Source of the DNA: Lama guanicoe
Taxonomy: Eukaryota
Direction of reading: 5' to 3'
NCBI GenBank assembly: GCA_013239625.1
Contig: MU055600.1
Span: 12,687,010 to 12,751,009, forward strand
Length of the DNA stretch: 64,000 nucleotides
The position numbers and the translations under genes were made by a program. Position 1 is the stretch's first letter. Each line of letters opens with the position of its first letter. Of the stretch, positions 13,407 to 28,372 are shown in pieces. The notes under the pieces are model-generated. The model did no database searches and was not told the origin of the DNA. It was given only the letters and a program-made list of their open reading frames with translations.

Positions 13407-13832
13407 ACCTGGAGATTGTCATTCTAAGTGAAGTAAGCCAGAAAGAGAAAGAAAAATACCATATATCACTTACATGTGGAATCTAAAAAAATGACACAAG
13501 TTAACTTATTTACAAAACAGAAACAAACTCACTGACGTAGAAAACAAACTTGTGGTTACTGGGGGGAAAAAGGGGTGGAGGGATAAATTGGGAGTTCAGG
13601 ATTTGTAAATACTAACCACTGTATACAAAATAGATAAACAGCAGGGTCCTCCTATATAGCACAGGAAACTATACTCAATATCTTATAATAACCTATAATG
13701 AAAAAGAATATGAAAAGGAATATATATATATATGTATATATATATGTATATATATATATGACTGAATCCCTATGCTGTACCCCAGAAATTAACACAACAT
13801 TGTAAACCCACTATACTTCAATTAAAAAAAAA
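13407..13832 (+). mobile_element. 5'-truncated LINE-1 3' end with A-tail and TSD, inserted into a MIR
   Basis: 'ctaagtgaagtaagccaga...ctatacttcaattaaaaaaaaa'; flanked by AGTGCCTGA at 13398-13406 and 13833-13841; TT/AAAA endonuclease site at 13391-13396. Confidence 0.88.
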
Positions 13833-14145
13833 AGTGCCTGAGGTGGAGTAAATGATTCAAAGAACTGAACCAATTTAAATGTTCACTGGCAATTTCTAAT
13901 TTCCTAAAGTCTATCACACATAGATTTAATCATTTGACTTTGCTTTTTTTGATTATTTAATAGATGATGCCTCATTTTTCAAGTTTACATTTCTGTAATT
14001 ACTGTAGAGGCTGAACAGTTTTCAAATTTTTGTCACAGTTGTGCTTCTTCCCTTTTTAATCTATTTTAACTGTCCACTTGTACTTTATTACTAGCTGTCT
14101 CACATACTACTTTGATGCATCAAGTACAAGCTAAATAACTAAAAT

Positions 14146-14443
14146 TAGTCTGGTTTATACCACATTATCAAGGCTGTTGTCACGTTTATAAAAATACTAT
14201 TAGGGCTCCAAGGACATTGAAGAGCTCGAATTATCTGTCCCACATGTTTTAAATCTTTGAAATAAGCCATGGAGACGAAGCCCAGTTGCTGTGATTCTGC
14301 TGCCGTGATATAAATATGACCTTCCACGAAAAAGCGTGTCATGGCCAGAAGTGAAACTCAAAGCAGCCGGTTGGGTTTCAGAGTTCACTTCACTAGAATA
14401 TGCTGCCTCTCTGGTTACAGGAAAGTAAATATAGACCAGGCTG
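14146..14443. mobile_element. Putative ~300-bp non-autonomous DNA transposon (family not identified)
   Basis: Imperfect terminal inverted repeats: tagtctggtttata (14146-14159) versus reverse complement of 14430-14443, cagcctggtctata; 11/14 match, all mismatches C/T. Confidence 0.45.
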
Positions 14444-16599
14444 ATTATATGAACACATTGCATTTAACTTTGCCCATCTCTAGTCCTTTCCCATTTCAGT
14501 TTCAACCGAAACGAGATCAACCCAGTTATAAGTAGGTCTGCTTATGCTTTTCCCATCCACTCAGGAATTTCCCTTCTTTCCAAGGCTAAGTGTTCCGCCT
14601 TTGCCCTTCAGTTCATTCCCTTACTATCCTGCTGCTGTTTCTCCCTTTCCTTTCTGGCGACTTTAAACTCTCCATTTCTACTGGCACCTTTTCCCGGTAC
14701 CCACAAATATGTAACTATTTCTTCCAACAGGAAAGAGGTCCTCAACCCTGTGGCAGCCTCTGAGTGTTCCCTTTCTCCCTCTTGCCTAGCACAGTACTTA
14801 CTCTAGTTCCTCATCTCCTGCCACTCCTCAAGCAACGATGAGGTGGCTTTGGCCACCACTCCCCTGAGCACCTCTAAGGCTGCTGGAGGTCTCCTAACTG
14901 CCGAGCCAGTGAGCCGCTTCCTGTCATTTTATTTGACCTCACTGGGCATGATGGCTGACTTCTTACTCTTGGACACTCTCCTTGCCTGGGTGTGTGATAC
15001 AGTTTTGTCATTTTTCCACCTCTCTAACCTTTCCTTTTCAGTTTTCTACATGACGAGCTCCTCATCTGTCCCCACCCTTAACCATTGGTTTACTCAAGAT
15101 CCTATGCTTGGCTCCCTTCTTTTTTTCCCCTCCAAACACACCTTCTGCACAATCTCTTCCTTTCCCATGATTTCAGTTAATGCTGGTGATTCCCAAATCT
15201 GTATCTTCACCCCAATCATCCTTCTTAGCATAATACTTGTTTTAGATATCCAAATGTCTCCTGGAAATCTCCTACTGGAGTCCCACAAACACATCAGACG
15301 GAGTGACATCTCCTTTCCTGGAAACTCCTTCAACACCTTATGAAGTAAATTGCTGCTACCTTGAAAAAAAAAATCCAGTTGAAACCCTAGCAGTCAAGTG
15401 GAAAGAATGTCTAGCTGTCTGGCTGATTTTAGCCTTTGGTTTCGACAGATCACGGCATAGAGAATACAACACAATTGTGCTCTTTCTCTCCTAGTTTGTA
15501 AAATTTGATTTTATTTGGGCAGCAAAAAGCACAAGGAAGGAGGACCCTGTCTCCAGGCCTCAGAGAAAACCCACAATAAGTTTCGGTATATTTCAGTGTA
15601 TCTTAGTCCCCTTAGTTCCTTGTCCTTTTCCTTCTCTCGAGCATGCTGCCACTCCTAAATTCATTTCTGGTTCTTGCCTCTCACATCCAATTAATCATTA
15701 AGCTCTGTAGATTCTGTTCCTAACTAGCCTCTCCTTTCTACTCTCACTGAAGCTGCCCTGGTTCAAGATGCCTTTGTTCTTCTTGCTTAGATTACTGCTC
15801 CTCTCGCCCCTTCGCCTCCCGTTTTATTCACCTTCACCTCACACTCTGCACACTTACTAGAATAAGCTTCTAAAATGGCCAACCTGAACACGTCCCTCTC
15901 CATCGTCAAATTTTCACTAGTTCCTCTATCCCTGGGGGGTTGGCTGGCAGCTCCTAGACTGTGCTGCGGTATTTTTGCCTCCTCTCCATTCTGTATGTTG
16001 TAGGTAACTTCTTTCTGAAATGCCCTCTCTGCCTTGATCCTACAGGGTCACTTCCTCTGAGGAGCCCAGGCTGAATTGATCATTCCCTCCCCTGGGCACC
16101 TTTGATCCGTTTTATTACTGTCCTTCTTAAGTACAATGGTGACTGTGATGGTCTGTTTACAGGTGTGAGTCCTCCACAGACTGTGAATGGATGGGTCACT
16201 TGCTTACAATTTCGTTTTTTATAACCACACTGCCTAGTATAGTTTGTAGCACATTTGTGTATCGAATGAATGAGTTTTAAATTTGATTGTTTGGCTAGGG
16301 ATTCTGTTAGCTCTGCAGTACTTGGAGGCTGGTTATAAGATGTGCAGCTTATTGAGTCCTCATCCTCTATCTCCTTCCCACTTCTCCTTTCTGCTTCCTG
16401 CCTTTATGCCATTTCCTTTCCACGCTGGATGCCAAGCGGGTGGTGAACCAGTGACTGACTAGCGCATGTGACAGCTGGGGACAGTCAGTTTTATCATAAA
16501 CAGAATTCTTACTGCCTGAGTATTCATTAAACAAGACCCCACAGTTTGAGTTTATGTAATGCAGCAAAAGTCAACAACCCTCTGACATATTCACTAACA

Positions 16600-16880
16600 C
16601 ACCAGTCAATTATGAAATCAGTTTTCCTGGATTAGCTGCAAAGTTTACCTCTGCCGTGGAAAGTGAAAATTTGACTGATATAAAACCAGTTAACAAACGA
16701 AGAACAAAGCGACAAGAATAAAGATGTGATAAGTGCTTCAAAGAAGGTGATGTGAACATCAAAGGATTAAGACTCCTTTTGGAAAATTGACTAACCGCTT
16801 GAATACTATGCAAAGGCATCTGTCGAATCTTGTGGCAAAGCTCAAACATGAAATGAATGTTGTGTATTATGCCATCATAT
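16600..16880 (+). mobile_element. Degenerate TcMar-Tigger-like transposon remnant
   Basis: 'aaagaaggtgatgtgaacatcaaaggattaaga...ggaaaattgact...cttgaatact' resembles the decayed transposase 3' region of ancient Tigger elements; contains stops and frameshifts. Confidence 0.45.
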
Positions 16881-19800
16881 TTATTTTTATCAAAGTTATA
16901 CATGTATTTAATAAAAATAGATTTACAGAGCTTGAAATGAAAACAGTAATACTTTATCCTTCTTTTCCCCACCCCTGATTTCTGCCCCTGAAGACAACAC
17001 CCTCTAATGCCTGCTTTTGCCCCCAATTACTAAATAACATATTGGCATTGGAATTTCTCTATTTTTCCAGGTTTGGATGTTGTCTATCGAGTTTCTTCTA
17101 TGGAAGATGAGGCTGCTTCCTTAGTTTTCTTTTTCTTCTTACTACTTCAGCCTCAAACTCTCTGGAGTTTTTCATCTCTTATTACCTTCAAACATGCTAA
17201 GTAACGTAACAATTTCATCTTTGTCTAGAGACAGTTCTCCTAGAGCTGCCTTCCTCCTGCCCTAAGCTGGAGGCTGCTTGTCCCCCAGGCCTGCTGCTGC
17301 ACGGCTGTCACCCCATCATGCTCGGGGGATCCCTCACCCCTGTTCATGGCCTGGAGCTCCTGTTTCCTGAATCCCACATCTTCCTCCGCATTGTATACTC
17401 CCTTGTTTTGGTGGCACATGCTCTCCAACAGCTTTCTGAGAAAACGCTCAAGGGAGGTAGACTTTTTTGAGACCTTGGTTTTCTGAAAATGCCTTTTTTT
17501 CCCCTCTCACTTAATAGTTTAATTTTTTCGAGTTAAAGTCCTGAGCTATCTGGACTAGATCATCGGAAAACTCTCCCACTAAAAAACACCTAAAAATGCT
17601 GGCTATAGCATAACAGATTTCATAGGCACAGAGCTGAGACTGCAAAAATGTAAATGAAATCCTCAGAGGCTGAAACTAAACTCTGGGGCCTAGAGTCTGT
17701 GAGCAATGCAATGCTTACAGCTCTAGGGAGGTCGTCATCTAACTAACCCGGAAACTTGGTTTTCCTGTCTACACTAGGCTAGGAGACCTGGCTTGGAGTT
17801 CACTGGCTGCAGAACATTGAAACTGACATCCCTGCAGAGAGCTGGGACCTTTAAAGGAAACATGCACCTGTGATGAAAGGGTGAACAAGCAACAAATTTC
17901 CCACCACACAAGAAGATAAAAATGAAGCTCATATGTCATGGCCTGACTCAGAGTAGGGGGGAACTCTCACTTGTAAAACTGAAGCCATCCTATACCATTG
18001 TTTGAGATCTGAATTCCTGCTACCAGAAGGACATTATTGACCTTTCCCATCTGATTCTTCTGATGATCAGTTGCACCTTTTCCTGACACCCGATCCAGGT
18101 TTGAAGGTGTTATCTGTCTCTAGCCATGGATCAGGACAGTGTTTCTCAGAGTGTAGACTGGAGACAGTCTTGAGGACTTCCTGAGCATAGTCAAGCTAAG
18201 TGACTCTTGGGAAGGCCCTTTTGTTTTCAAAGCTCATCAGGTCAGTGAAGAAACTGGCAGGAGGCTGGCCATGGACTGAGCAAGTGTAAAGAAGCTCCAA
18301 ACAACATGCACACACCTCGAGCTGATCATTTTGTGTTTAGGCATTGCCATCCTGGAGGAACTCCTGGTGAGCACATAGGAGAGAATTATAAGGACGTTCA
18401 TTTCAGTATTGTTTGCAGAGGTGAGAAATTAAAAATAACTCTGAGATCTATTAGTGGAGGAATGAAAAGTAAATTGTGGTATGGTCATACAATAGAATGC
18501 TCTAATGGTGAAAATGTTCTCTTAATTTCTCGCTATTTTTTTTTCTTCTTTGGAGTTTCAGTTTCTTGAATTTCATGCTGTCCTTCCTTGAACTTTAAAA
18601 AAAAATTTGCTGGAAAATATATTGGAATAATCAATCATCTGGGACGCATGGGTAAATGTTCTGAGTTCTTGCATATCTGAAAATGTCTTATTGCCTTTAC
18701 AATTTACTGGCAGTGTGGCAGGGTTTAGAATTCTAGGTCCAAGATCTGTTTCCTTGCTAACTATTTTGTATGTATGTTTTCCAGGATTCAAACATTGTTA
18801 ATGTTAGATGACAGTTCTGTCTCTTGTTCTTTTGTAGGAAATCCCAAAGATCCTAGGATTTCTTGTTTATGTTTAAAATTATGAAATTTTCCCAGGATGT
18901 GTCTATCCAGATTTTAATTCAGTTCAACCTCGCTAAATGCCAGGCACTGTTCGAGGTGCTGGGCTTCGCTGGACAATGCACAACTCAGGCAAAGATTCCT
19001 GCCCTCCTGCCGCTGACAGTTTAGCAGGGGGGACAAGTTGTAAATAATATGCATGGGCCTCCTCACAGCAAAGTAGCTGGGTTCAAGGAAGGGCACCATA
19101 TGAGGGGAAACTCTAATGGGCAAGCTCTTATAAGCTTTTGTTTAAAGGATGCTTTCTAATGTCCCATTGGCCAACACAAGCTGGCCACATGCCAAGTCCA
19201 CAGTTCCTGTGGTAGGGGACTACAAAGGGCATGAACACTGAGAATGTGGTTCAGGGGGCCTCCCAAGTAACAGCTCCCAGGGTCTTCTATGTATCCTTCA
19301 AATCTCTGGTCTACTAAAAGTACCTTTTCTGGTTTTAAGCACTATATTGTTTATTTTTTAAAATGTGTTTATTGGCCAGTTAATTATGTTAACTATTCTT
19401 ATGCTAACTAGTTTTATGTTAATTCTTGAATCAGAGGTTGAAAAGATATCTAAGGAGGAAAAGTAAACGTCAGAGAAGTCCCTCACTCTCCCCTCAATCA
19501 GTTCTGTCTAGCCCAAACCCTGACATGCGAGATCTTTTTGTTATACCTCAAGAGCAGTCTGAATGATGCAGCAGCCTCTGGTCTGGTGGTCCCACGCTCA
19601 TTCTTTTCATGTAAGAACATCAGATTACTCTGCATCTGTTTGCCTGCCAAACCATAGTGCTCTGTCCTTACTTATCAACCTAGAATATTTCTTCTCTCTT
19701 GCCAGCCACTATAATTTCAAACTCTAATGCCTCATCTGTATTAAAATATTATATGAAATAATATTCACAGAACATTGCCTGAAGGATATTCATAAATACC

Positions 19801-20769
19801 CTTTGATCAGAGCTGGCAGATTGATTTCAGTTGGCAAGTGAGAAGAAGCCTATTGGCGTGGGAAGGTCTATGAGGTGACGTCCAGTCTCCACGGGAGAGA
19901 GTTTCAGTGGTCATTGCTGATGTCTGCCCTGGGCTTGGACTGGGAGTGATGGAGTGCTTGCCAGGAAGGTATTTCCACTCCTGCCCCCGGATATTGTAAA
20001 ATTTATCACTGAACCAAGCCAAATCTTCAGAGAACTGCTTATCTTTGCGGAATTCTTTTGGCTCCTTTGCAAAGTGGCTCTTGGCAATATGCCAACTACC
20101 TGCACCGAAAATGTACTGAGAGTCAACTGTTCAGAATTAGATTCTATTTTTATTGTAGGACTGTTGCTGAGGACATACTATATGACACAGTGTTCCCTCT
20201 AAGAGGAGCCATGAGAAAGCTCTTCTGGGCAACTGATCTGTTTTTATCTTATGGACATCGTGAATGTTCTAACATTATGTTCCCTTCCTTGCTTTGGTTG
20301 CTAGGAAACCCAGGGCTATGGTGCAGACCTCATCTAGCAACTGCGGAAGACTTTTTGACAAACATTTGCTCTCCCTTCAGTTAGCATTTATTGAGCATCT
20401 GCTCTATGCTTAGCCTGCCCAAAATATCCATGTTAATCATTGTAGCCCTTGTCTGGGCACTCCTGGCCAAAGAAGACAAGCCCAGTGTTTAATGTAATAT
20501 TGTTTAAGGTAACTTAATATTTCTTTGAGTGGACTGGTCACTATCTGGTCCCTTCTCTGGGCAGGATTCTAGTAATCTACCCACTAAGGTACACCACCCT
20601 TGCCCGGGTCACTCTCAGGTCATGTTTTCTGTCTCTGTGCACCCCACATATCAATCTATTTGATTGTCCCTACCACATTCATCTAGAGCATCCAGCTTTT
20701 CATGAGAACATGAACACAACTTTTATCAGAAGAATAAAAAAAAAAGGAAAAAAGGGGAGGAGGAAGAGG

Positions 20770-20990
20770 AAGGGCAAATTAGAGATATGGGATTAACGGA
20801 TATAAATTACTATATATAAAATGGATACGCAACAAGGATATATTGTACAGCACAGAGAATTATACCCAGTATCTTGTAATAACCTATAATGGAGTATCAG
20901 CAACAATTACTGAATCACTACGCTGTACACCTGAAACACACACAGGACTGTAAATCAACTATACTTCAATAAGAAAAAAAGAGAAAAAAA
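20770..20990 (+). mobile_element. Short LINE-1 3' end
   Basis: 'caacaaggatatattgtacagcacagagaattat...ctgtaaatcaactatacttcaataag' followed by an A-rich tail. Confidence 0.75.
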
Positions 20991-22708
20991 CAGAAAGACA
21001 GAGGAAAACAGAAGCATGTGACAGGGAAGAGTGTGAGAGCACTGGGGCGGGGGGCTAAAGACAGCACAGCTGGCTGACATCTCCTTTGCTCTTCCTGAAG
21101 AGCCTGTCTGTGCTCCCTCAGTCCCTGCCCAGCAGCATTCTTCCTTAGTTCCTACCTCCAATGAGACCAAGTTCCCTGATGTTTTGTTTTCATTTCCCTT
21201 CCATGGCAGAAGCAGGCATGGTAAGGGGTCCTTCAGTTTAATTCCTAATAAGTTAAATCTTTTGAGTCAACACACAAAAAACTGCGTCTTTCTCATGAGG
21301 GAATGGGCAGTGTACAGACCTCCATGTGCCTATTTTTGCTTCCCGGAAGCTTGGAGTCAAATTTCACAGCTGCAGTATTAGCCTTCATGACTTGCAAGAT
21401 GGATGGTCCTAAAAAAAGCCAAAAACCGAAAATCAAAAACCAAACAACAACTTTATTGTCTGAATGCCTTTAATTTTAACTCATATCCAACCCTCTTCTA
21501 AAAGCATGGGAACTTAATAATAATTGATTTGTATGGAACAGAACTCCAGACTTAGCCTCCTAAGCAATCAGTAAACTAGCCGAATCTGTAGGGTGTCTAC
21601 CCACCATTTCTGAGGTGCTCAGTGTGGTGCTTTGCTGCTGGTTGGCTGTGGCATCACGGGTATAGTGACTTACGTCAGAAAACTTGAATTCAGGTTCACC
21701 CTCTCTTAGCCCTTTGACCTTGGGCAAGCTGTCCCACCTTTTTGAGCCCCTGTTTCTTCATCTATAGGTGGCTCCACATTCTTCAGAGAGCTCTTGTGAA
21801 GACTAAAGGAGAGGATGTTGATGGAATTCCTTTATAATCTACAGAGTACTCCAGTGCAGGAGAATGAGATTACATTCACTGGTTTGTGCCCTCTCCGGAA
21901 ACCTCGGGTGGGGTCCTATCAAACCATCTTCTCGACTACAAGCAGTTGGATCACTCATATTTTCAGCATTAAGACAAATTGTTGTCAACAAAATCATATA
22001 ATCTCCGATATGCAAATCACAGTACCCCAAAGCTTTGCCATGGCCCTTGGATCCCTTGCAGACTCCTAGGGAGCCGCTCACAGGGTTGGGATGTTGGATG
22101 TTTCTGTCATCGAGTTCGATGCCCTTGGGCTGCTCTGCTGGTGGCAATGCTCACCAACCCGTCTCAGTGGCCTCTGTTACCATTCTCTTCAACTCTACCC
22201 TCTTCGTGGGACATTGAATTCAGCCTAGTATTTCCAACCAGAGCAAATAACTTGGAAGTTCATCAAGTGACATGTTCTCTCATACATGTCTGCCTTCAAT
22301 ATGGGTTGTTTCCATTTCCTGGAAAACCCCCACTATTCCTTGTCTGCTTTGTCGGCTTCTACTTGTTCTGCAAGGCTGGTCTAAAGCCTCACCTCCTCTC
22401 TGAAACTTTTCTTCACTCCTCCAGACAGAATTGGTGGTTCCTACAGCACTTTGTACAAAGATCTTTTATCGCCTTGCATGCTAATCATTTACATATGTTT
22501 TTCTCACACGAGACTGTAGGCTTCTTGGGCAAGATATGTCTGTTATTCATCTTTGTGTGACCCCCTTCTTAGAACAATGCTGGAAACATGGTAGAGTCTC
22601 TGGGGATGTTTGAGTAAGTATTAGTGACTTGATTATCATACACATTCTTATAGTAGCAGAGGGCATAACTGAAGCCAGGTCAATATGATAGGAGGCATAA
22701 GTCTAGAG

Positions 22709-23037
22709 CTGTGAAGTCCAAAACAGAAGCCACTGGCCACATGTGACTACTGAGCACTTGAAATGTGACTAGTCTGAAATGAGATACTGTAAAAGTGAAA
22801 CACACACAAACTTTGAAAGACTTAGTCCTAAAAAAGAATGTAAAGTATCTCATTAATATCTTTGACATTGCTGACCATTAGAAAAAAAGATAATCTTTTG
22901 GACATATTGTGTTAAATAAAATATTAAAAATAATTTCACCTCTGTCTTTTTACCCTTCTAAATGTAGCTAGTAGAAAATTTAAAACTACACACGTGGTTC
23001 ACATTTGTGGCTTGCGTTATATTTCTGTCCGACGATG
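22709..23037. mobile_element. MER33-like hAT-Charlie MITE
   Basis: 'gccactggccacatgtgactactgagcacttgaaatgtgactagt' core; 8-bp TSD gtctagag (22701-22708) / atctagag (23038-23045). Confidence 0.8.
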
Positions 23038-23045
23038 ATCTAGAG

Positions 23046-23760
23046 CATTCATTCACTGAACAAATATTTCTTGAACAGCTGCTCCACACAGAGACTAATC
23101 TAAGTGATGGGAACAGAATAGTAAACAGACGGATAACTTTCCTGACCTCGGGGAGCTTACATTGTAATTAAGAGAAAGACACACAGAACAGGAAGCAGAT
23201 GTGTAAGCAAGATAATTTTGGACAGTAAAAGAAAAGTACTATGAAAAAAGCAAAGTGAGGTTCTTGATAGAGAGGGTAGGCGAGGTACAGGAGGGCAGCC
23301 AGGTCTTCTAGAACAGGTGAGGTCAGGAGCAGGAAGATGAGGGAGGAGGCTGGGACATGGAAGATAGTAGAGACCTGAACTGAGACAGTGATGGGCAGAC
23401 AGGGAGGAGCAAACAGACTTGATGGGCAGAACCGATGTGGACACCCAGGTTTCTGGCTTGGATGGCCAGGCAAACGGTGGGTGGTGCCACCAGGTAAGAA
23501 AAAGCTGGAGTGGTCGTGAAGCTAATGAGGAGTTCTGTTTTGGCCATGTTAAGTGTGAGGCGCCTGTGGAATCCCAGGTAGCAGCACTGAGGGGAGACAT
23601 TAGTGCTAGGAATAATAATTCGGGATCTGTCAGCATTAAAACTGAACGTGGATGGGAAAGGAAAGAGAGAAGATGGCAAATGGTGAGAAAGCTCAGGTCC
23701 AGGGAGCACATTTCTAAACTGGATAATACATGAGCATGTGTCTAGGCTGAGGGGAAGGAT
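23046..23760 (-). mobile_element. LINE-2 fragment
   Basis: Begins with the antisense L2 tail 'cattcattcactgaacaaatatt', followed by the purine-rich L2 body ('gagttctgttttggccatgttaagtgtgag'). Confidence 0.65.
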
Positions 23761-24749
23761 TGAGGGTAGCTAGAGGAGTTCAAGGTATAAAAGAGAAGGC
23801 AAGATTGATGCAGCAAGGTTTGGGTGGTGATGGAGGGGTTGGGCTGGCCTTGGAGACTGGCTAGCAGGAGAGAAGGGGTCTCGGAGTGGTGTTTGTTGTT
23901 GGGGAGGAGAAAGGAGTTTAAGGAGCTGGTAAAGGTTAGGAGTAGTTGTGGAAGAGGGTGATGTCCAGGTCACAGGTAAGGACATCTTGTGGGGAAGCTT
24001 TGGATATGTCACGGTTTGGGCCAAGGCTTTATCATTACTTTCTTAGAATTGGAGAAGCCACTAAGAAGGGCCAGGGCCAGGGACTGGGAGAGCTGGTTTT
24101 GGAAAAGTTGGGTGGCCCTGGGGAAGTTCAGAGCCTCTTTGCCACTTTTTCCTCATCTCTAAAATGAGCAGAATGGTCTCTTCAACTCTCTCGTTATAAG
24201 GACGCTAAGTACATGTGCCTTGAGCTGTTCACTGTCTGACACTCACTTCCCTTCCCTTTCCCAGCCAATAAGAGGAATCCTGGCTCTGTCCCAGGGGGCT
24301 TACTGGGGCCGCTCCCCAACACAGTCAAGAAGCCAGGGCAAGCCTGGCACACATTATTCCCTGTAACCAGTGGGCATCTGTCTGACAGTAGTGTGAGAGC
24401 AGAGCCCTCATCTTCCGGTCCTTGTACCCTGTACAGCCTAGAGCAGGCTGGCTGGTGGTAAGCTGGCTTCCAGGAACGCTCCCTGGAATAGAAATAAATG
24501 CCGTTCTAGTCTCTTAAATCATTGTACTCCTCCAAGGGCCAGTTCCAATTTAAAAATGGGAATTGCCGGCTGTAACAGTGTGCTGAACAGTGCAGGGAAG
24601 CACTTCGTGCCTATTAACTTATTAAATCCCGCAATCACACTAACATGGGCTATCCCCATTTGGTAGAGAAGGGAAAAAACAGAGGTTAAGTAACTTGACC
24701 AAGGTCAACAGCTGGGAGTGAGCAGAGGGGTTTGAAGTGGGATTTGGAT

Positions 24750-25530
<781 letters not shown>

Positions 25531-27721
25531 GTCCTGGCTCAGACTGCCATCCTTGACATTTGGCTCAATTCTGGGGCCAAGTGCCAGGCACCCTCTCCGC
25601 CCCAGCACCTTGCCAGGTATCTGGGGTTACAGAGGTCAATACAGCAATGCCCCTGCCCTTGAAGGGCCCAGGGGCAGGGGTGGGGACGGTGCACACACCG
25701 ACAGCTAGGAGCCCGGCCACATTATCTGGGGCCGAGCCTTGTTCGTTTCACATTTCGCAGGAACGTTTCCATGTATGGACACACACATACTTGTCATTTC
25801 TTATTAATTTTAGAAACTGTTGTGAATGACTAGCAGAAATAGCCCAGAACCAACAGGCAAAGACCTGAGTTCTAGGCCTGGCTTTGGCACTAACCGTAGG
25901 GACTGGCCTCAGTTTTCTGGCCTGTCAAATGGCCTCTATTTGCGTCCTATTGTCAGGATCCAAAAAGACCATGAAGGGCGCAGTGTAGCGTAGGATGGGG
26001 AGCAGGGCAGAGAAGCAGGGGCAGTTCCATGCTAAGGAAATGGGTGGGGCTGAAGGAGGACACATATGGGTTTGGTTCAAAGCTCTGCCTCTCCTCTGTG
26101 AGGGATCCCTGGCCAAGCAATGGCAGGCCTGCTCGGGCAGTGGGAAGGGTGCCAGGACTCCGTGCCTGCTGGTGTTCCTTGCTGTCTGCAGGGAGGAGGA
26201 AGTAACCTGTTATGTTACCCACAGCAGTTGGTGCTAAGGAAATTGCATCAGTTTGTACGCCGCAAAACCTCTCCAGACCCTCAGGCAGCAGAGAAGTGTC
26301 TGCCCACCGGGTGGTGACTTCCTTCTCTCTCGCTGCTGGGGCCACCACTTGCTAACAGCCTTATCCAGACAGCACCCATCCATACTGAGTGCTCCCTAGG
26401 CACAGGCAGTGACTGCCTTTTGTCTGACCCAGTCTCAGGGCAAAACTTCCGGAAGAAGCACCTCTGGGCAGCAGATGTCATGTGTATGTGAATGTAGTGC
26501 ACGGAGGACCCTGTCCTCTTGGCATTATGGGCAGTTCGACAAATATTTATCGAGTACACACTCTCTGCGTGGCACTGTTCCAAGTGTTGGGGAAATAGCT
26601 ATGAATAAGCCAGAAGAGACTGGGGAGGCATATGTTGAGATAGACATTAAAAATAAAATGGGGCAACGTGAGTGACTGGGAAGAGGTACTGGTGGTCAAG
26701 GAAGCTTCTTGGAGGAAGTGCCATGAGCTGTAGGAGGTAGCCACAGGAAGATCTGAGGACAGAGCTTTCCAGGTTGGGGAACAAGGAGCAGTCCAGGGAG
26801 AAAAATGTGGCTGAGTGCAGGGATATTTGGGAGGGAGGGCAGCAAAGCTTACTGAAGGATTGCATGGCATGAAGAGGATTTGAGGATGACTCTGGGATTT
26901 TGGCCTCAGCCACTGGAAGGATGGTGATGGCATTTACCGAATACACACGCAATTATGTATTGCTGTGTATTACGGAGCACATTGCTAAGCCCTACAGAGT
27001 TTTGAAAAATTAGTTCCAACCATTCTTCCTGTCCTGCAGGTTAAAATCCCAGTAACCTTTGACTCCTTCTTTCTCCACTCCTTCCCTCCCATCCTCCCAC
27101 TGTCCCCTTTCCTGTAAGTCCAGGGCTGGGCTAGCATCTGTTTCCTCTTTCCTGTTCTCATTGGCACTGACCCTCTCTGACCCAGACCAAAGTCTCCGTG
27201 GGAGTTCCCTTGTCCCAGTGTCCTGCACATTCCTGCCTCCGCCCTCAAGCCCAGCCCACCATGCTGGTGCTTTAGGCGCATTGCACTGTTCTGTGCCCCT
27301 TGGACACTCCTCAACTTCCCTGCCTCCTTGCCGTTGTTCACACTATTCCCTCTGACTAGGATACACCTTCCTCCCTGTCTCTGACTGTTGATGCCGTGCC
27401 TGAACTTTCTGGCCCAGAGTAAAATGCCACCTTTTTCTTTTCCAGACCCTCCCTCCAAACAGATGTGATCTCTCTCCCCTCTGAGCCCTCTTGGGTTGTG
27501 CTTTTCCCACAAGAGTTACTTCCCTGTGGTCAGGACCTACTTCCTAGGCCATAGCTCACCTTGGTATTGTCCTGCCCAGCACAGGGCCTTGTAGATAGTA
27601 GGCATCCAATTAAGTTTGACTTAGTTGAAGCTTTTTCCCACCACCAGACCTTTTACAAAAGCCTGAAACACAGAAAAAGCAAATTAAGTTGAGGAATCAG
27701 GAAAGGGTTGGGATCTCTGTT

Positions 27722-27741
27722 ACACACACACACACACACAC
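27722..27741. repeat. (AC)10 microsatellite
   Basis: Read directly from the sequence. Confidence 0.9.
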
Positions 27742-28372
27742 TGCTCATATACCCGACCCCTGCCAGTAGCTGTTTGTACATGGAAGGGCATTAGTTATCC
27801 CAACACACACATGTTCCAAGACTAACAACTTTTCCACTCTTGAGTTAGTTGCAGCACTTACCCCTCCTCGTCACCCCTGAGTCCCTGCTGGATCCATTTC
27901 TTCCTGTTCCGAGCAATTCCTGCAGTTGGATGTCACCGAAGGACACAGATGATCTGCTGCCCCAGTTTCTCTTCATTCTTTGCTCCTCCCCTAGAGGTGG
28001 AGAGTGTGAGAGGACACTGTGAACCAATTTACACTGCTTTCTCATAGCCCAGAAGAGTGCCAGCTGTGTAATGGTCCTGCTCCTTGGTAGGAGCAGGCAT
28101 AGGGGTTGTCTCCTGGCCCCTTCCTGCCTCAAGCTGTGATTAAAATGCCTGTCAGCTTACATGGCACACCTAACCTTTTCCCTCTTCACAGGATGCTTCA
28201 GCCCAGCATCGCATTCCTGACTCACATCAGCTTTCTCTTCCATCGTCTCCTCCCTTGGCTCATCTCTATAGGAGGAGGCTAGAGCATCCACTGGTGTGCA
28301 CCAGTAGAAACCTATTTCAGTCCAGTCTACCTGGACACTGGTCATCCTCATTCTTATCACAGAACTATGCCG

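Noticed and set aside
14843..15343. 166-aa ORF; similarly 21979-22560, 23157-23711, 26985-27512 and 57611-58114
   Set aside because: They lie in or next to LINE-2-like or low-complexity sequence and show no protein-family signature or exon support.
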